Assembly: GCF_963921235.1 (NCBI RefSeq)
Contig: NC_086097.1
Coordinates: 238,082,001-238,146,000 of the forward strand
Length of the DNA stretch: 64,000 nucleotides
Origin: Mobula hypostoma
Taxonomy: Eukaryota
Direction of reading: 5' to 3'
This document shows, piece by piece, positions 12,906-25,544 of this stretch. The position numbers and the translations under genes were made by a program. The stretch's first letter is position 1. Each line of letters starts with the position of its first letter. The notes beneath the pieces were generated by a model that worked only from the letters and a program-made list of their open reading frames with translations, searched no databases and was not told where the DNA came from.

Positions 12906-13059
12906 AACTCACACACAAAATGCTCTGCAGGTCAGGCAGCATCTATGGAGAGGAATAGTAATTGTTCTTTATGTCATGTGATCAACATGTACAAGTCCTC
13001 AACAGAATAATGGGACAGAACCCTCCACAAACATTAAAATGCAATTCTATGTTATAATG

Positions 13060-13295
13060 GTGGTAGATGGTCATATGAGTAGCTGGTGCACAACACAAGG
13101 CCTGGTTTTGCGACCACTGACACCAGGTAGACAATCTCTGAAGTGTGTTGATAATGGCTGGGATCGCCTGTCTTATAGAGACACTGCCCAGAAGAAGGCA
13201 AAGCCAAGCCACCTCTGTCATAAAAATTGCCAAGAACAATCATGGTCATGGAAAGACCACAATCACCTATGTCATACAACACGGCACATAATAAA
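13060..13295 (+). mobile_element. RTE-type LINE 3' end
   Basis: gaagaaggcaaagccaagccac...ttgccaagaacaatcatgg...cacggcacataat resembles RTE/BovB 3' ends. Confidence 0.6.
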
Positions 13296-13559
13296 CAAAT
13301 GAATGGGGAATCTAGGCATCCAGAAATCCATTACTGGTTTATACCAGTATATGTGGCAGAAGGTCACTTCAAATGTGAAGAATTCTGCCTCCATTCTTCA
13401 TTCCACATTGACAATGATGCAGCTGGAGATAACTACACAGGGGACAATAAGTGGTCATGAAAGGAATATTACTGAGCAAGAGCAGTTTAAGTTGTTTTCC
13501 TTCATGGTTATTTATCCAGTCTTTGCTTAACCTTGCAAATAATTAAATTTCAAGGAGTT

Positions 13560-14615
13560 CAGAATTAAAATCAGGTTTATTATCACCAGCATGTGACATG
13601 AAATTTGTTAACTTAGCAGCAGCAGTTCAATGCAATACATAATCTAGCAGAGAGAGAAAAGAAATAATAGTAAATAAACAAGCAAATCAATTAAATATAT
13701 TGAATAGATTAATAAAAATGTGCAAAAACAGAAAAACGGTATATTAAAAAAGTGAGGTAGTGTCCAAAGCTTCAAACTCCATTCAGGAATCAGATGGCAG
13801 AGGGGAAGAAGCTGTTCCTGAATCACTGAATGTGTGCCTTCAGGCTTCTGTATCTCCTACCTGATGGTAACAGTCAGAAAAGGGCATGCCCTGGGTGATG
13901 GAGGTCTATAATAATGAACGTTGCCTTTCTAAGATACCACTCCCTAAATGTCCTGGGTACTTTGTAGACTAATGCCCAAGATGGAGCTGACTAGATTTAC
14001 AACCTTCTGCAGCTTCTTTCGGTCCTGTGCAGTAGCCCCTCCATACCAGACAGTGATGCAGCCTGTCAGAATGCTCCCCACGGTACAACTATAGAAGTTT
14101 TTGAGTATATTTGTTTATATACATGCCAAATCACTTCAAACTCCTAATGAAGTATAGCCACTGTCTTGCCTTCTTTATGACTACATCAATGTGTTGGGAC
14201 CAGGTTAGATCCTCAGAGATCTTGACACCCAGGAACTTGAAGCTGCTCACTCTCTCCACTTTTGATCCCTCTATGAGGATTGGTATGTGTTCCTTCATCT
14301 TACCCTTCCTGAAGCCACAATCAGCTCTTTCATCTTCCTGATGTTGAGTGCCAGGTTGTTGCTGTGGCACCACTCCACTAGCTGGCATATCTTACTCCTG
14401 TACGCCCTCTCGCCACCACCTGAGATTCTACCAACAATGGTTGTATCATCAGCAAATTTATAGCTGGTGTTTGAGCTATGCTTAGCCACAGTGTCATGCG
14501 TATACAGAGAGTAGAGCAGTGGGCTAAACACACATCCCTGAGGTGTGCCAGTGTTGATCATCAGCGAGGAGGATATGTTATCTCCAATCTGCTCAGACTG
14601 TGGTCTTCTGGTTAG
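13560..14615 (-). mobile_element. Rex1/Babar-type LINE, 5'-truncated, frameshifted RT
   Basis: NTGTPQGCVFSPLLYSLYTHD...KFADDTT; KFLGV.ISEDLTW; KKARQWLYFIRSLK. Confidence 0.9.
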
Positions 14616-16209
14616 GCATAACCATATGCCTTATCAGATATATTGTTACCAGAAGGATCCCAACACTATAGGAAGGCTCAATTTTAATCTCCATATACAT
14701 TTATATGCATTAGGATTTGCTGTGATGTGTTGGCAAGGCGTGACATGCTGCAAATAAACAGTAACATTTAACATCTATAAACTATAAGGAATTATCGAAA
14801 AAATAAAGTTAGAGGTTTAAGTACAGATATGGATTAAAATGTACATGCTGTAAATACATAAATACCAGCATGTATTAACAATGCAAGTAGCATTATGAAA
14901 GTGGTTTAAAATGTTTACAGTGTAGTGTAGAGACGTGGGGGTGTAATAGATAAAGGGGGTCGGGGGGGGCTAGATAGAGTGGTTGATCAGATTAACTGGC
15001 TGGGAGAAAAATACTTTTAAGATGGCGTGAAAACTTGTTTAATAGTCTTTTAATTGTACTAGGCCCAGAGTAGGTTTGTGAAATGTATGTTGAAGGTAAA
15101 ATACCCATCACTAATTCAAATGAAATTCAAATGAAGTTGTTAGTTAGCATCTTGATGACCTACAATATCCACAGAAGAATAATGAATGAAGTACAACACA
15201 CTTGTGAGGGTATTTATTTTTTTAGAGCTAGAACAGAAATCTGGCCTGGGATTTTCTAAAATATGCTTACTGCCCTCCTGTAATTTGCAAGTACCAGAGC
15301 AGAGGAAATTGAGTGTACATTCCTGACTAAATTAGGATTAATCTTGGAATTCCTTTGAGACGACTGAAGGCTGAAGACAGAAAACAGCCTGTGCTGGGGA
15401 TGGCGGATTGTGCGTGCGTGTGTGAGTGGGTGGGAGGGAGGAATGAGGTTTGCTTTGCTGTTGTTGTTTTGGCACTTGTTTTGTTCTGTGTTGTATTCCA
15501 CTGATGGCACTAGCAAACAATGCTTCCACTGGCGACATTCTTGTTGCCGTTTGCATGATTTGTTTTTATCGCGCATGTGGGGGGTGGGGTGTTGTTGATG
15601 GTTTGGTTGTCTTTTGCACATTTTTTTTATGCGTTGAGGGGTTGATGTTTTTCTTTGAATGGGTTCCATGGTTTTGTGGCTGTCTGTGGAGAAGGTGAAT
15701 CTCAGGACTGTATACTCTGATAAGTGTACTTTGAATTCTTTGTGTTTCTTAGTTCTACACCGAATACTTGCAAGGAAATAAATCTCAGAGTAGTATATGG
15801 TGACATATATGCACTTTGGTGATAGATTTGCTTTGAACGCTGTTGTTCTGCCAAGCATGGAGGGCATACTGTGTTGGCACTGCAATGTGTGCGACATTTG
15901 CGGGCTGCCCCCAGCATATTTTTGGGTGTACTGATTGTTTAGGCAAACAACTCATTTCACTACATGCTTCAAAGCAGATGAGATAAATAAAGCTGAATCT
16001 GAAATGATGTCACTCAAGCCTTCCTTAATTATTACTTAACATTTCAACGCACTCTCACAAGAAAAAAATGGAAACTGAGACAAAGCTAGAATATCTGGAT
16101 TGACAGTTATGAAAGGAATGCTAAATGCTTCCAAGAGTTGGACATCACAGGGAATTATTTCAATATGAACCAGAATACTTAACTTAAATAAGAGGAAGTT
16201 TTAGCAGAT

Positions 16210-16575
16210 TAAGACCATAGGATATAGGAGCAGAATTAGGCCATTTGGCCCATTGAGTCTGCTCTGCCATTTCATCATGGCTAATCCATTTTCCCTCTTG
16301 GCCCCAATCTCCTGCCTTCTCTCCGTATCTGTTCATGCCCAGACTGATAAAGTATCTATCAAATCTACCCAAATCTGACTTAAATCTACCCAGTGACTTG
16401 GCCTCCACAGCCACCTGTGGTAACAAAATACACAGAGTCACCACTCTCTGGCTACAGAACTTCCTCCTCATCTCCATTCTAAAAGGACATTCATCAATTC
16501 TGAGGCTGTGTCCTCTGGTCTTGAGAGGTTGGAAACATCCTCTCCGCATCCACTCTATTGAGGCCTTTCAAATTG
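16210..16575 (-). mobile_element. CR1 LINE 3' fragment
   Basis: TRGHSLRI...PFRMEMRRKF.SQRVV; agaccataggatatagg tail. Confidence 0.85.
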
Positions 16576-16591
16576 GTAGTTGTTTATCTGA

Positions 16592-17078
16592 TTAGCTGGG
16601 ATGTTCTACGAGTCTGTGGTGGCCAGTGCGATCATGTTTGCCGTTGTGTGCTGGGGCAGCAGGCTGAGGGTAGCAGACACCAACAGAATCAACAAACTCA
16701 TTCGTAAGGCCAGTGATGTTGTGGGGATGGAACTGGACTCTCTGACGGTGGTGTCTGAAAAGAGGATGCTGTCCAAGTTGCATGCCATCTTGGACAATGT
16801 CTCCCATCCACTACATAATGTACTGGGTGGGCACAGGAGTACATTCAGCCAGAGACTCATTCCACCGAGATGCAACACAGAGCGTCATAGGAAGTCATTC
16901 CTGCCTGTGGCCATCAAACTTTACAACTTCTCCCTTGGAGGGTCAGACACCCTGAGCCAATAGGCTGGTCCTGGACTTATTTTCTGGCATAATTTACATA
17001 TTACTATTTAATTATTTATGGTGCAACTGTAATGAAAACCAATTTCCCCTGGGATCAATAAAGTATGACTATGACTAT
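16592..17078 (+). mobile_element. Young Rex1-type LINE 3' fragment
   Basis: Open frame 16601-16963 (FYESVVASAI...HPLH...RKSFLPVAIKLYN), AATAAA and (TATGAC)n tail; near-identical to 29750-30240. Confidence 0.9.
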
Positions 17079-18331
17079 AAGCACTCAAAAAAAGACAATT
17101 ACCTTGAACTTTTTCAATGGTCGGTACCACTACTGACAGCATTCAGTACTCTGCCTCTTAAATACTGTTCTATTTATTTCAATGGATCTTTGGAAGTGGA
17201 GTTGAATGCATTTCAGTTACTATGTAATGTCCACAGACTGGAGATGAAATTCCAGACTGAAAACTGCTTTTATGAAATAGGATTGTATAACTAACTAAAG
17301 CAACTCGGAGGACAATATGCTTTCATTAGCTTGAAATGAGTGAAGGAAAATTGCCAGAGGTCTGTATAATAAAATGTTCAAAGCCATGTAGAGCTATTTA
17401 AGGAAATGAAGAGCCCTTCACAGTGATGTGACAACACTAATCATCGGGAAGCTGAACTAAGTTAAATTACAATGTGCAGAAAAGAGATATAGGGCAACTT
17501 TTCAGTTTGTTCTTAAGCAGAGAATATCAGCAGCCAATACTTAGAGTGCCAAGGCAATTCCCTAAATATAATAATTAATTGTCAAAGATTTCATTCCCAT
17601 AAGACAAGAAGACAATTCACATGGATTTTCACAGATCTCTGGAAGGGATCTTGCCTTCTACAAGGACTGAACATGATCAAATGTGTGCTTCAGTGCTTCA
17701 GTACAGGGAAGAGGTAAGACAGTACTGTGACAAGTAGGAGTTAATAATTTATAATTTGATTATGATTATGATCTGAAACACCCTGTGGAGACATGGTGAA
17801 GAAGATTCGTTGTTGTTCAAACCACACATCAAAATGGGAAAGAAATGTGATCTTTTTATATTTTGAATTTAGTTATTAAAGTAATAATGCCACAAGGTTG
17901 TGGAAATGTTTGAAGACAGTGATGAAAACATAGTATTCAAGTGCAGGCATCAGGGGAATGGAATCAAAATTAGGTTCATTGGAAACTGCAGTGATTGTAT
18001 GTGCATCTTCCAAAGGAATTGAGTACAGGAAGTTCAAAGTTCAAAGTAAATATATGATCAAAGTACCTATATGACACTATATACTACCTCTCAGTACCAG
18101 TTACTACCTCTAACCAGCTGGCTCTTGAACAAAACAGGATAAATTCATTTGTCCCATCATTGAAATGTTCCACAACCTATGTACTCACTTTCAAGGACTC
18201 TTCATCGCAGGTTCTCATTATTTATTGCTTATTTATTGATATTATCTTCCTTCTGCATTGCACAGTTTGTTGTCTTTTGCTCACTGGCTGAATGCCCAAG
18301 TTGGTGCGGTCTTTCATTGACTCTGTTATAG

Positions 18332-19460
18332 AAACATAGAAACATAGAAAATAGGTGCAGGAGTAGGCCATTCGGCCCTTCGAGCCTGCACTGCCATTTA
18401 TTATGATCATGGTTGATCATCCAACTCAGAACCCTGCACCAGCCTTCCCTCCATACCCCCTGATCCCCGTAGCCACAAGGGCCATATCTAACTCCCTCTT
18501 AAATATAGCCAATGAACTGGCCTCAACTGTTTCCTGTGGCAGAGAATTCCACAGATTCACCACTCTCTATGTGAAGAAGTTTTTCCTCATCTCGGTCCTA
18601 AAAGGCTCCCCCTTTATCCTCAAACTGTGACCCCTCGTTCTGGACTTCCCCAACATCGGGAACAATCTTCCTGCATCTAGCCTGTCCAATCCCTTTAGGA
18701 TTTTATACGTTTCAATCAGATCCCCCCTCAATCTTCTAAATTCCAACGAGTACAAGCCCAGTTCATCCAGTCTTTCTTCATATGAAAGTCCTGCCATCCC
18801 AGGAATCAATCTGGTGAACCTTCTTTGTACTCCCTCTATGGCAAGGATGTCTTTCCTCAGATTAGGGGACCAAAACTGCATCCAATACTCCAGGTGTGGT
18901 CTCACCAAGGCCTTGTACAACTGCAGTAGTACCTCCCTGCTCCTGTACTCGAATCCTCTCGCTATAAATGCCAGCATACCATTCGCCTTTTTCACTGCCT
19001 GCTGTACCTGCATGCCCACTTTCAATGACTGGTGTATAATGACACCCAGGTCTCGTTGCACCTCCCCTTTTCCTAATCGGCCACCATTCAGATAATAATC
19101 TGTTTTCCTATTTTTGCCACCAAAGTGGATAACTTCACATTTATCCACATTAAATTGCATCTGCCATGAATTTGCCCACTCACCCAACCTATCCAAGTCA
19201 CCCTGCACCCTCTTAGCATCCTCCTCACAGCTAACACTGCCGCCCAGCTTCGTGTCATCCGCAAACTTGGAGATGCTGCATTTAATTCCCTCATCCAAGT
19301 CATTAATATATATTGTAAACAACTGGGGTCCCAGCACTGAGCCTTGCGGTACCCCACTAGTCACTGCCTGCCATTCTGAAAAGGTCTCGTTTATTCCCAC
19401 TCTTTGCTTCCTGTCTGCTAACCAATTCTCTATCCACATCAATACCTTACCCCCAATACC
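18332..19460 (-). mobile_element. Young 5'-truncated CR1 (RT C-terminal half) inside a Rex1-type 3' UTR
   Basis: ORF 18567-19442 with SGVPQGSVLGP and KFADDTK; premature TAG at 18567 where other copies read SQRVV; (ATAGAAAC)n tail; flanking repeat GTTATAG. Confidence 0.95.
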
Positions 19461-20064
19461 GTTATAGTTACTATTCTATAGATTTGTTGAGGGTGTATAT
19501 GATGACATAAATGTACTTTGATAATAATATTTACTTTGAACTTTGATAACCTACCCTGAGATTCATTTTCTTGCAGAGATTCGGAGTAGATAGAAAGGAA
19601 AGCAAAAGAATCCATGAAAAAGCACAGGAATAGTTTTGGATGAGCAGAATTTTATAGAAGGCGGAACAAAGAGGACTGATATGGACAGCATTACAGAAAA
19701 ATAATTTAAAGATTAGCTTCATTTGTCACATGTGCATTGAAACATCGAAACAGTTGCTTGTGTCAATAACCAACACAGTTCGAGGATTGTGATGGGCAGC
19801 CTGCAGGAGTCATCACACTTACAGTGTCAACATTATATGTCCACAACTCAATAACCCCAACCATATGTCTTTGGAATATGGGAGGAAACCGAGGCACGTG
19901 GAGTAAACAGCACACAATGACGAGGGGAATGAACAAACTCCTGGCGGACGGCGGCAAGAGTCAAAACCCAGTCAGTGTTCACTAGAGCTGAAAGGAATTG
20001 CACGAACTGCTATTCTATCATACTGTCCCATTTAGCATCAAAGGATGATAAAGTGAGTCAGAGA

Positions 20065-20280
20065 GTCACAGAATATCACAGCACAGAAACAGGTCCCGTC
20101 TAGTCTGTGCTGACCTATTTTGCTGCCTGGTCCCATTGACTGCACCTGGCCCTCTGTACCCCTCCCATTGATGTATCCATCCAATTTTCAAACTTGCATC
20201 CACCATTTCCACTGGCAGCTCATTCCACACTCTCACCACCCTCTGAGTGAAGAAGTTCCCCTTTATGCTCCCCATAAATT
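20065..20280 (-). mobile_element. CR1 LINE 3' fragment (second tail family)
   Basis: GNFFTQRVVRVWNELP; cagcacagaaacagg terminal motif also at 55000 and 62990. Confidence 0.75.
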
Positions 20281-20483
20281 ATTTATAAAATTCCAGGAAA
20301 TTCACCAACAGACTCCATAAAGTAAGACAACAGCATCATTGATAAGGCTGCAAAGAGCAGCAAAAAAAAATGTTGTTTGATACAAAAGAGATACAAAAAA
20401 TCTGAATGACACCTGGCAGAGGAGACCCCATGGGCTGAATGGCCGAATTCTGCTCCTATTTCTGATGGTCTTATCTCGACAAA

Positions 20484-20797
20484 GTGTGGGCACGTGGCCA
20501 AGTGGTTAAGGCACTGGACTAGTGAACTGAAGGTCGCGACTTCGAGCCCCAGCCCAGGCAACGTTTTGTGTCCTTGAGCAAGGCACTTAATCACACATTG
20601 CTCTGCGACGACACTGGTGCCAAGCTGCATGGGTCCTAATGCCCTTCCCTTGGACAACATTGGTGTCGTGGAGAGGGGAGACTTGCAGCATGGGCAACTG
20701 CTGGTCTTCCGTACAACCTTGCCCAGGCCTGCACCCTGGAGAGTGAAGATTTTCCAGGTGCAGATCCATGGTCTCGCAAGAAAACGGATGCCTTTAC
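20484..20797 (+). mobile_element. tRNA-derived SINE with 12-bp TSD
   Basis: A box TGGCCAAGTGG, B-box-like ACTTCGAGCC, CORE-like gtgtccttgagcaaggcacttaa; TSD TATCTCGACAAA at 20472-20483 and 20798-20809. Confidence 0.9.
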
Positions 20798-21359
20798 TAT
20801 CTCGACAAAATTGTTGAGCAAGGAGTGAGTTGCTAGTACTCTGTGTGGTAGCAGTTGTAAATTATGTGAGTCCAGAAAGACTCGCAGAGACACCAGGACA
20901 GTGATCCTGGCACTCTGTAAGTACGGTGACAACCATACAAGGAGAACTGCATCCATTGGTGGCCTTTGTGTTCAGAACAGTGAGGCACCAAAATACATTC
21001 AGATTAGAGGAGTGACGTGATCCAAGATCTGGAACAAAATGGAGAAAGCTAACATAAGGCAAAAGCAAAGCCAGGGTAAGTGATTGAAGGAAGACGCTGA
21101 GAAAACTTGTTTGAAGATCTCACTTTATGAAAGATGTAGCTGTACTATTACTGCCAGTGGGTAACTTGTGGAGGGAGCCCTGAGTCAGAAAATCAATTTG
21201 GAACTGAATGTTGGAATGATAGTGTGATTTTAGCTTGATGTGTGCCCAAAGGCCAGTAGGATGATGGAAGGGGTAGAGGGATGGTGGCGTGAAATGGATG
21301 GAGAAAAGCAGCAGAGGGCTCAGTGAAGAGGAAGTTGTATTTTAGGACGAGTCAATGTA

Positions 21360-21879
21360 CAGCTCTGTGCAATAGTCTATATAGCTTGGACGCCTCAGAC
21401 TTTTGCACGTTATTGTAAACACCAGCTGGAGGGGACAGTGAGTTTGTAAATCTGGCAGGAACAGAAGATGTTGGGAACAGCGAGGGTGGATGTGGGACAG
21501 GTGGCAGAGAACGAATGCCAGAGGCAGGGGTGGGGCAGGTGCAGACACGCCCAGCCCTGAGACATTTGGCAAGGAAATTTGATTCCAAACAATTGCTTTA
21601 TTGATCATTACAGAATGTCTCTTTGGTGATTCCTGCCGCTTCCCCGTTCCCTTCCCTTTTTCCCAATCATGATTCCCATCTCCTTGTCCACTTCCCACTC
21701 CCAGTCCACAATAGTGATCCATATCAGAATCAGCTTTATCATCACTCACATACATCATGACATTTGTTTTCTTTTGTGGAAGTACTGCACAATACATAAA
21801 ATTTTTACAGTGCTGTGCAAAAGTCTTAGGCAGTCTAGCTCTATATATACATATACGCCTAAGATTTTGCACAGTACTG
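21360..21879. mobile_element. Composite non-autonomous DNA element, copy 1 (MITE-core-MITE)
   Basis: TA-flanked; end modules 21360-21415 and 21808-21879 carry the CAGTACTGTGCAAAAGTCTTAGGC-type TIR; core shared with 47902-48430 and 51846-52405. Confidence 0.8.
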
Positions 21880-21965
21880 TATCAATATTCCTAAAATTAA
21901 GCTGAAGCAAACTGAAGATTACTCAAGGCTAAATGGCAACTAAAAGTTCTGGCAAAGTGTAAACT

Positions 21966-23778
21966 CAATAGACAATAGACAATAGGTGCAGAAGTAGACC
22001 ATTCGGCCCTTCGAGCCTGCACCGCCATTCTGAGATCATGGCTGATCATCTACTATCAATACCCGGTTCCTGCCTTGTCCCCATAACCCTTGATTTCCCG
22101 ATCCATAAGATACCTATCTAGCTCCTTCTTGAAAGCATCCGGAGAATTAGCCTCCACTGCCTTCTGAGGCAGCGCGTTCCACACCTCCACAACTCTCTGG
22201 GAGAAGAAGTTCCTCCTCAACTCTGTCCTAAATGACCTACCCCTTATTCTTAAACCAGGCCCTCTGGTACTGGACTCTCCCAGTATCTGGAACATATTTC
22301 CTGCCTCTATCTTGTCCAATCCCTTAATAATCTTATATGTCTCAATCAGATCCCCCCTCAATCTCCTTAATTCCAGCGTGTACAAGCCCAGTCTCTCTAA
22401 CCTCTCTGCGTAAGACAGTCCGGACATCCTAGGAATTAACCTAGTGAACCTACACTGCACCTCCTCCACAGCCAGGATGTCCTTCCTTGACCCTGGAGAC
22501 CAAAACTGCACACAATACTCCAGGTGTGGTCTCACCAGGGCCCTGTACAAATGCAAAAGGATTTCCTTGCTCTTGTACACAATTCCCTTTGTAATAAAGG
22601 CCAACATTCCATTAGCCTTCTTCACTGCCTGCTGCACTTGCTCATTCACCTTCAGAGACTGATGAACAAGTACTCCTAGATCTTGTTGTATTTCTCCCTT
22701 ACCTAACTCCACACCATTCAGATAATAATCTGCCTTCCTGTTCTTGCTCCCAAAGTGAATAACTTCACACTTATTCACATTAAAAGCCATCTGCCAAGTT
22801 TCTGCCCACTCACCCAGCCTATCCAAGTCACCTTGAATTCTCCTAACATCCTCATCACATGTCACACTGCCACCCAGCTTAGTATCATCAGCAAACTTGC
22901 TGATGTTATTCACAATGCCTTCCTCTAAATCATTGATGTAAATTGTAAATAGCTGTGGTCCCAATACCGAGCCCTGTGGCACCCCACTAGTCACCACCTG
23001 CCACTCCGAGAAACACCCATTCACTGCTACCCTTTGCTTTCCATCTGCCAACCAGTTTTCTATCCATGTCAATATCCTCCCCCCAATGCCATGAGCTCTG
23101 ATTTTACCCACCAATCTCCTATGTGGTACCTTATCGAATGCTTTCTGAAAGTCAAGGTACACCACATCCACTGGATCTCCCGCGTCTATCTTTCTGATTA
23201 CATCCTCGAAAAACTCCAATAGATTAGTCAAGCATGATTTGCCCTTGGTAAATCCATGCTGGCTCGGCCCAATCCTATCACTGCTATCAAGATATGCCGC
23301 TATTTCATCTTTAATAATGGACTCTAGCATCTTCCCCACTACTGATGTTAGGCTAACAGGGCGATAGTTCTCTGTTTTCTCCCTCCCTCCCTTCTTAAAA
23401 AGTGGGATAACATTAGCCATTCGCCAATCCTCAGGAACTGATCCTGAATCTAAGGAACGCTGGAAAATGATCACCAATGCATCCGCAATTTCCAGAGCCA
23501 CCTCCTTTAGTACCCTAGGATGCAGACCATCTGGACCTGGGGATTTGTTAGCCTTCAGTCCCATCAGTCTACTCACCCTTCCTAATGTCAATCTGTTTCA
23601 GTTCCTCTGTTACCCTATGTCCTTGGCCCATCCATACACCTGGGAGATTGCTTGTGTCTTCCCTAGTGAAGACAGATCCAGAGTACTTATTAAATTCGTC
23701 TGCCATTTCTCTGTTTCCCATAACAATTTCTCCCAATTCATTCTTCAAGGGCCCAACATTGTTCTTAACTATCTTCCT
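21966..23778 (-). mobile_element. Young 5'-truncated CR1 with complete RT domain
   Basis: Open frame 22056-23591 (KSPGPDG, YRPVSLTS, YLDFQKAFD, GVPQGSVLGP, FADD); frameshift near 23580; (CAATAGA)n tail. Confidence 0.95.
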
Positions 23779-23923
23779 TCTCATTCAACAAAGGAATCGA
23801 TTGAAGAAAAGAGATTTAAACTTGCTATCATCGATCTATCATTGTAAATGAAAGGACTAATATCATTGACTTGAGATTTGTTAATGTGATATTTTCAATA
23901 CATGTGACAAAATAAATTAAATC

Positions 23924-24545
23924 GGGAGGAGAAGATGGCAGCACGCCTGCGTGTGCGCAGCCCTCCAGTGAAAAACGATATTGTATCTGATAAATAGGGG
24001 CCATGGACAATTCTGATTTGATGGAGAATGGGCGTGAAAGCACAGAGGAACATCTGGAGAAATTTCTGAAACGCCCATTCGCTGCTGTCGTTAACTGTGT
24101 GGTCGGGAATCTTTCAGAGGGTAGGCCTCAAAATCCCCGGCCTGTCCTGCTTTTGGTGACTGAGAAGGAGGTCGAATCGTTCAGACAGAGATGGCGCTCA
24201 GTACTCGGTGTCGGAGAGCTGATCAGAGCTCAAAGTTTTCAGATGACTCAGAGTCGGATTGTGGTCGGCATGGCAGGGAGAGTTTTTCTTCCTTCTCCCG
24301 TCCGCGTGAGATGTGGGACATTTGAGAGACTTTGAACTTTACTGCGCTCATGGACTTCTTCATCAAGTTACAGTATTTTTGCACTGTTGTAAATATATGT
24401 TATAATTATGTGGTTTTGTCTGTTTTTTCAGTCTTGGTCTGTCCTGTGTTTTGTGATATCACACCAGAGGAAATAATGTATCATTTCTTAATGCATGCAT
24501 TACTAAGTGACAATAAAAAAGGACTATGTGTCTTCATAATCTAAT
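23924..24545 (+). mobile_element. Probable non-autonomous LINE derivative
   Basis: CpG-rich 5' part starting gaagatggc, AT-rich LINE-like 3' UTR, AATAAA and aatctaat end; no RT similarity seen. Confidence 0.5.
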
Positions 24546-24569
24546 ACTTGAGATGGCAGGTTAATTTTT

Positions 24570-25082
24570 TTTATTTAGAGTTAACAGGCCTTTCTGGTGA
24601 ATGAGCCTCCATGACTCAATTACACACAAGTGACCAATGAACCTGCAGGCCCATGGGGGCAGCACAGCTGTGTGGTGGTTAGCACAATGCTTTACAGTAC
24701 CAGAGACCCAGTACATTTCTTGCCGCTGCCTGTAAGGCATTTATACGTTCTCCCCGTGACCACGTGGGTTTGCTCCTGATGCTCCAGTTTCCTCCCACAG
24801 TCCAAAGACATATCAGTTGACAGGTTAATTGGCCATTGTAAATCGTCCTGTGATTAGGCTAGGATTAAATCGGGGGCTGGCTGGGTGGGGCAGCTTGAAG
24901 GACTATTTCTGTGCTGCATCTCAATAAGTAAATAAATAAATATACTGGTATGTCATTGGAATGTGGGAGGAAACCAGAGTGTCAGGAGGAATCCCATACT
25001 GTCACAGGGACTTCTCACAGACAATGACAGGACCCTGGCACTGTATTAGCTTTATGCTAACTGCTGTACTACTGTGCCACCT
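24570..25082 (-). mobile_element. V-SINE/HE1-like SINE, interrupted by a second SINE
   Basis: V-domain in reverse (ttggaatgtgggaggaaaccagag) at about 24955-24985; tail part at 24570-24654. Confidence 0.65.
24655..24940 (+). mobile_element. V-SINE/HE1-like SINE
   Basis: tRNA-like head, V-domain gttctccccgtgaccacgtgggttt...ctccagtttcctcccacagtccaaagac, (TAAA)n tail. Confidence 0.85.
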
Positions 25083-25544
25083 ATAATCATGCCTGTTACG
25101 TAGAAAGGTATGATTTATGAATTCTTAAATTTTAAAAAGGTATATTTCATTACTAAGTTGTAACCACCTGAAGCTTAAAGTTGTTCAAAAGAGACAGGGC
25201 ATTAAAGTCTCAAGAACATTCAGAAAATATAGTTCATTAGTAAGAAAAATGCCTTGGAGTCTTTCTTAAGATAAGCTCAGCTCGAAGAAACGTCAAAGCC
25301 AGGAAAGATAAGGTAATAACATAATAGAGGGATTTATACTCTGTAACTGCAAGGACAGAACTCATGTCAAATAATATTTAACTGAAGGATCTAGCAGATT
25401 CAAAGGGTCAGGAGATGGTATAAGGGAGAGCTGTAGAATTTGGTTGTATTTTCATCAGTCAGAGTGTTCAGAACTGTACTGCTTTTGATTTCTCCAGTTA
25501 AACTTAACAACGTTATTTGCAATGAAAAGCAAACTAGGCATATT

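Noticed and set aside
15256..15897. 213-aa minus-strand ORF
   Set aside because: Antisense reading of GT-rich non-autonomous repeats and LINE tails; low-complexity translation.
20484..20560. tRNA gene
   Set aside because: A/B boxes present but no closed acceptor stem seen; continues into a SINE body bounded by a TSD. Same for V-SINE heads.
24003..24335. 110-aa ATG ORF as a host gene or promoter exon
   Set aside because: Inside a probable retroelement derivative; no known domain and no good donor site.
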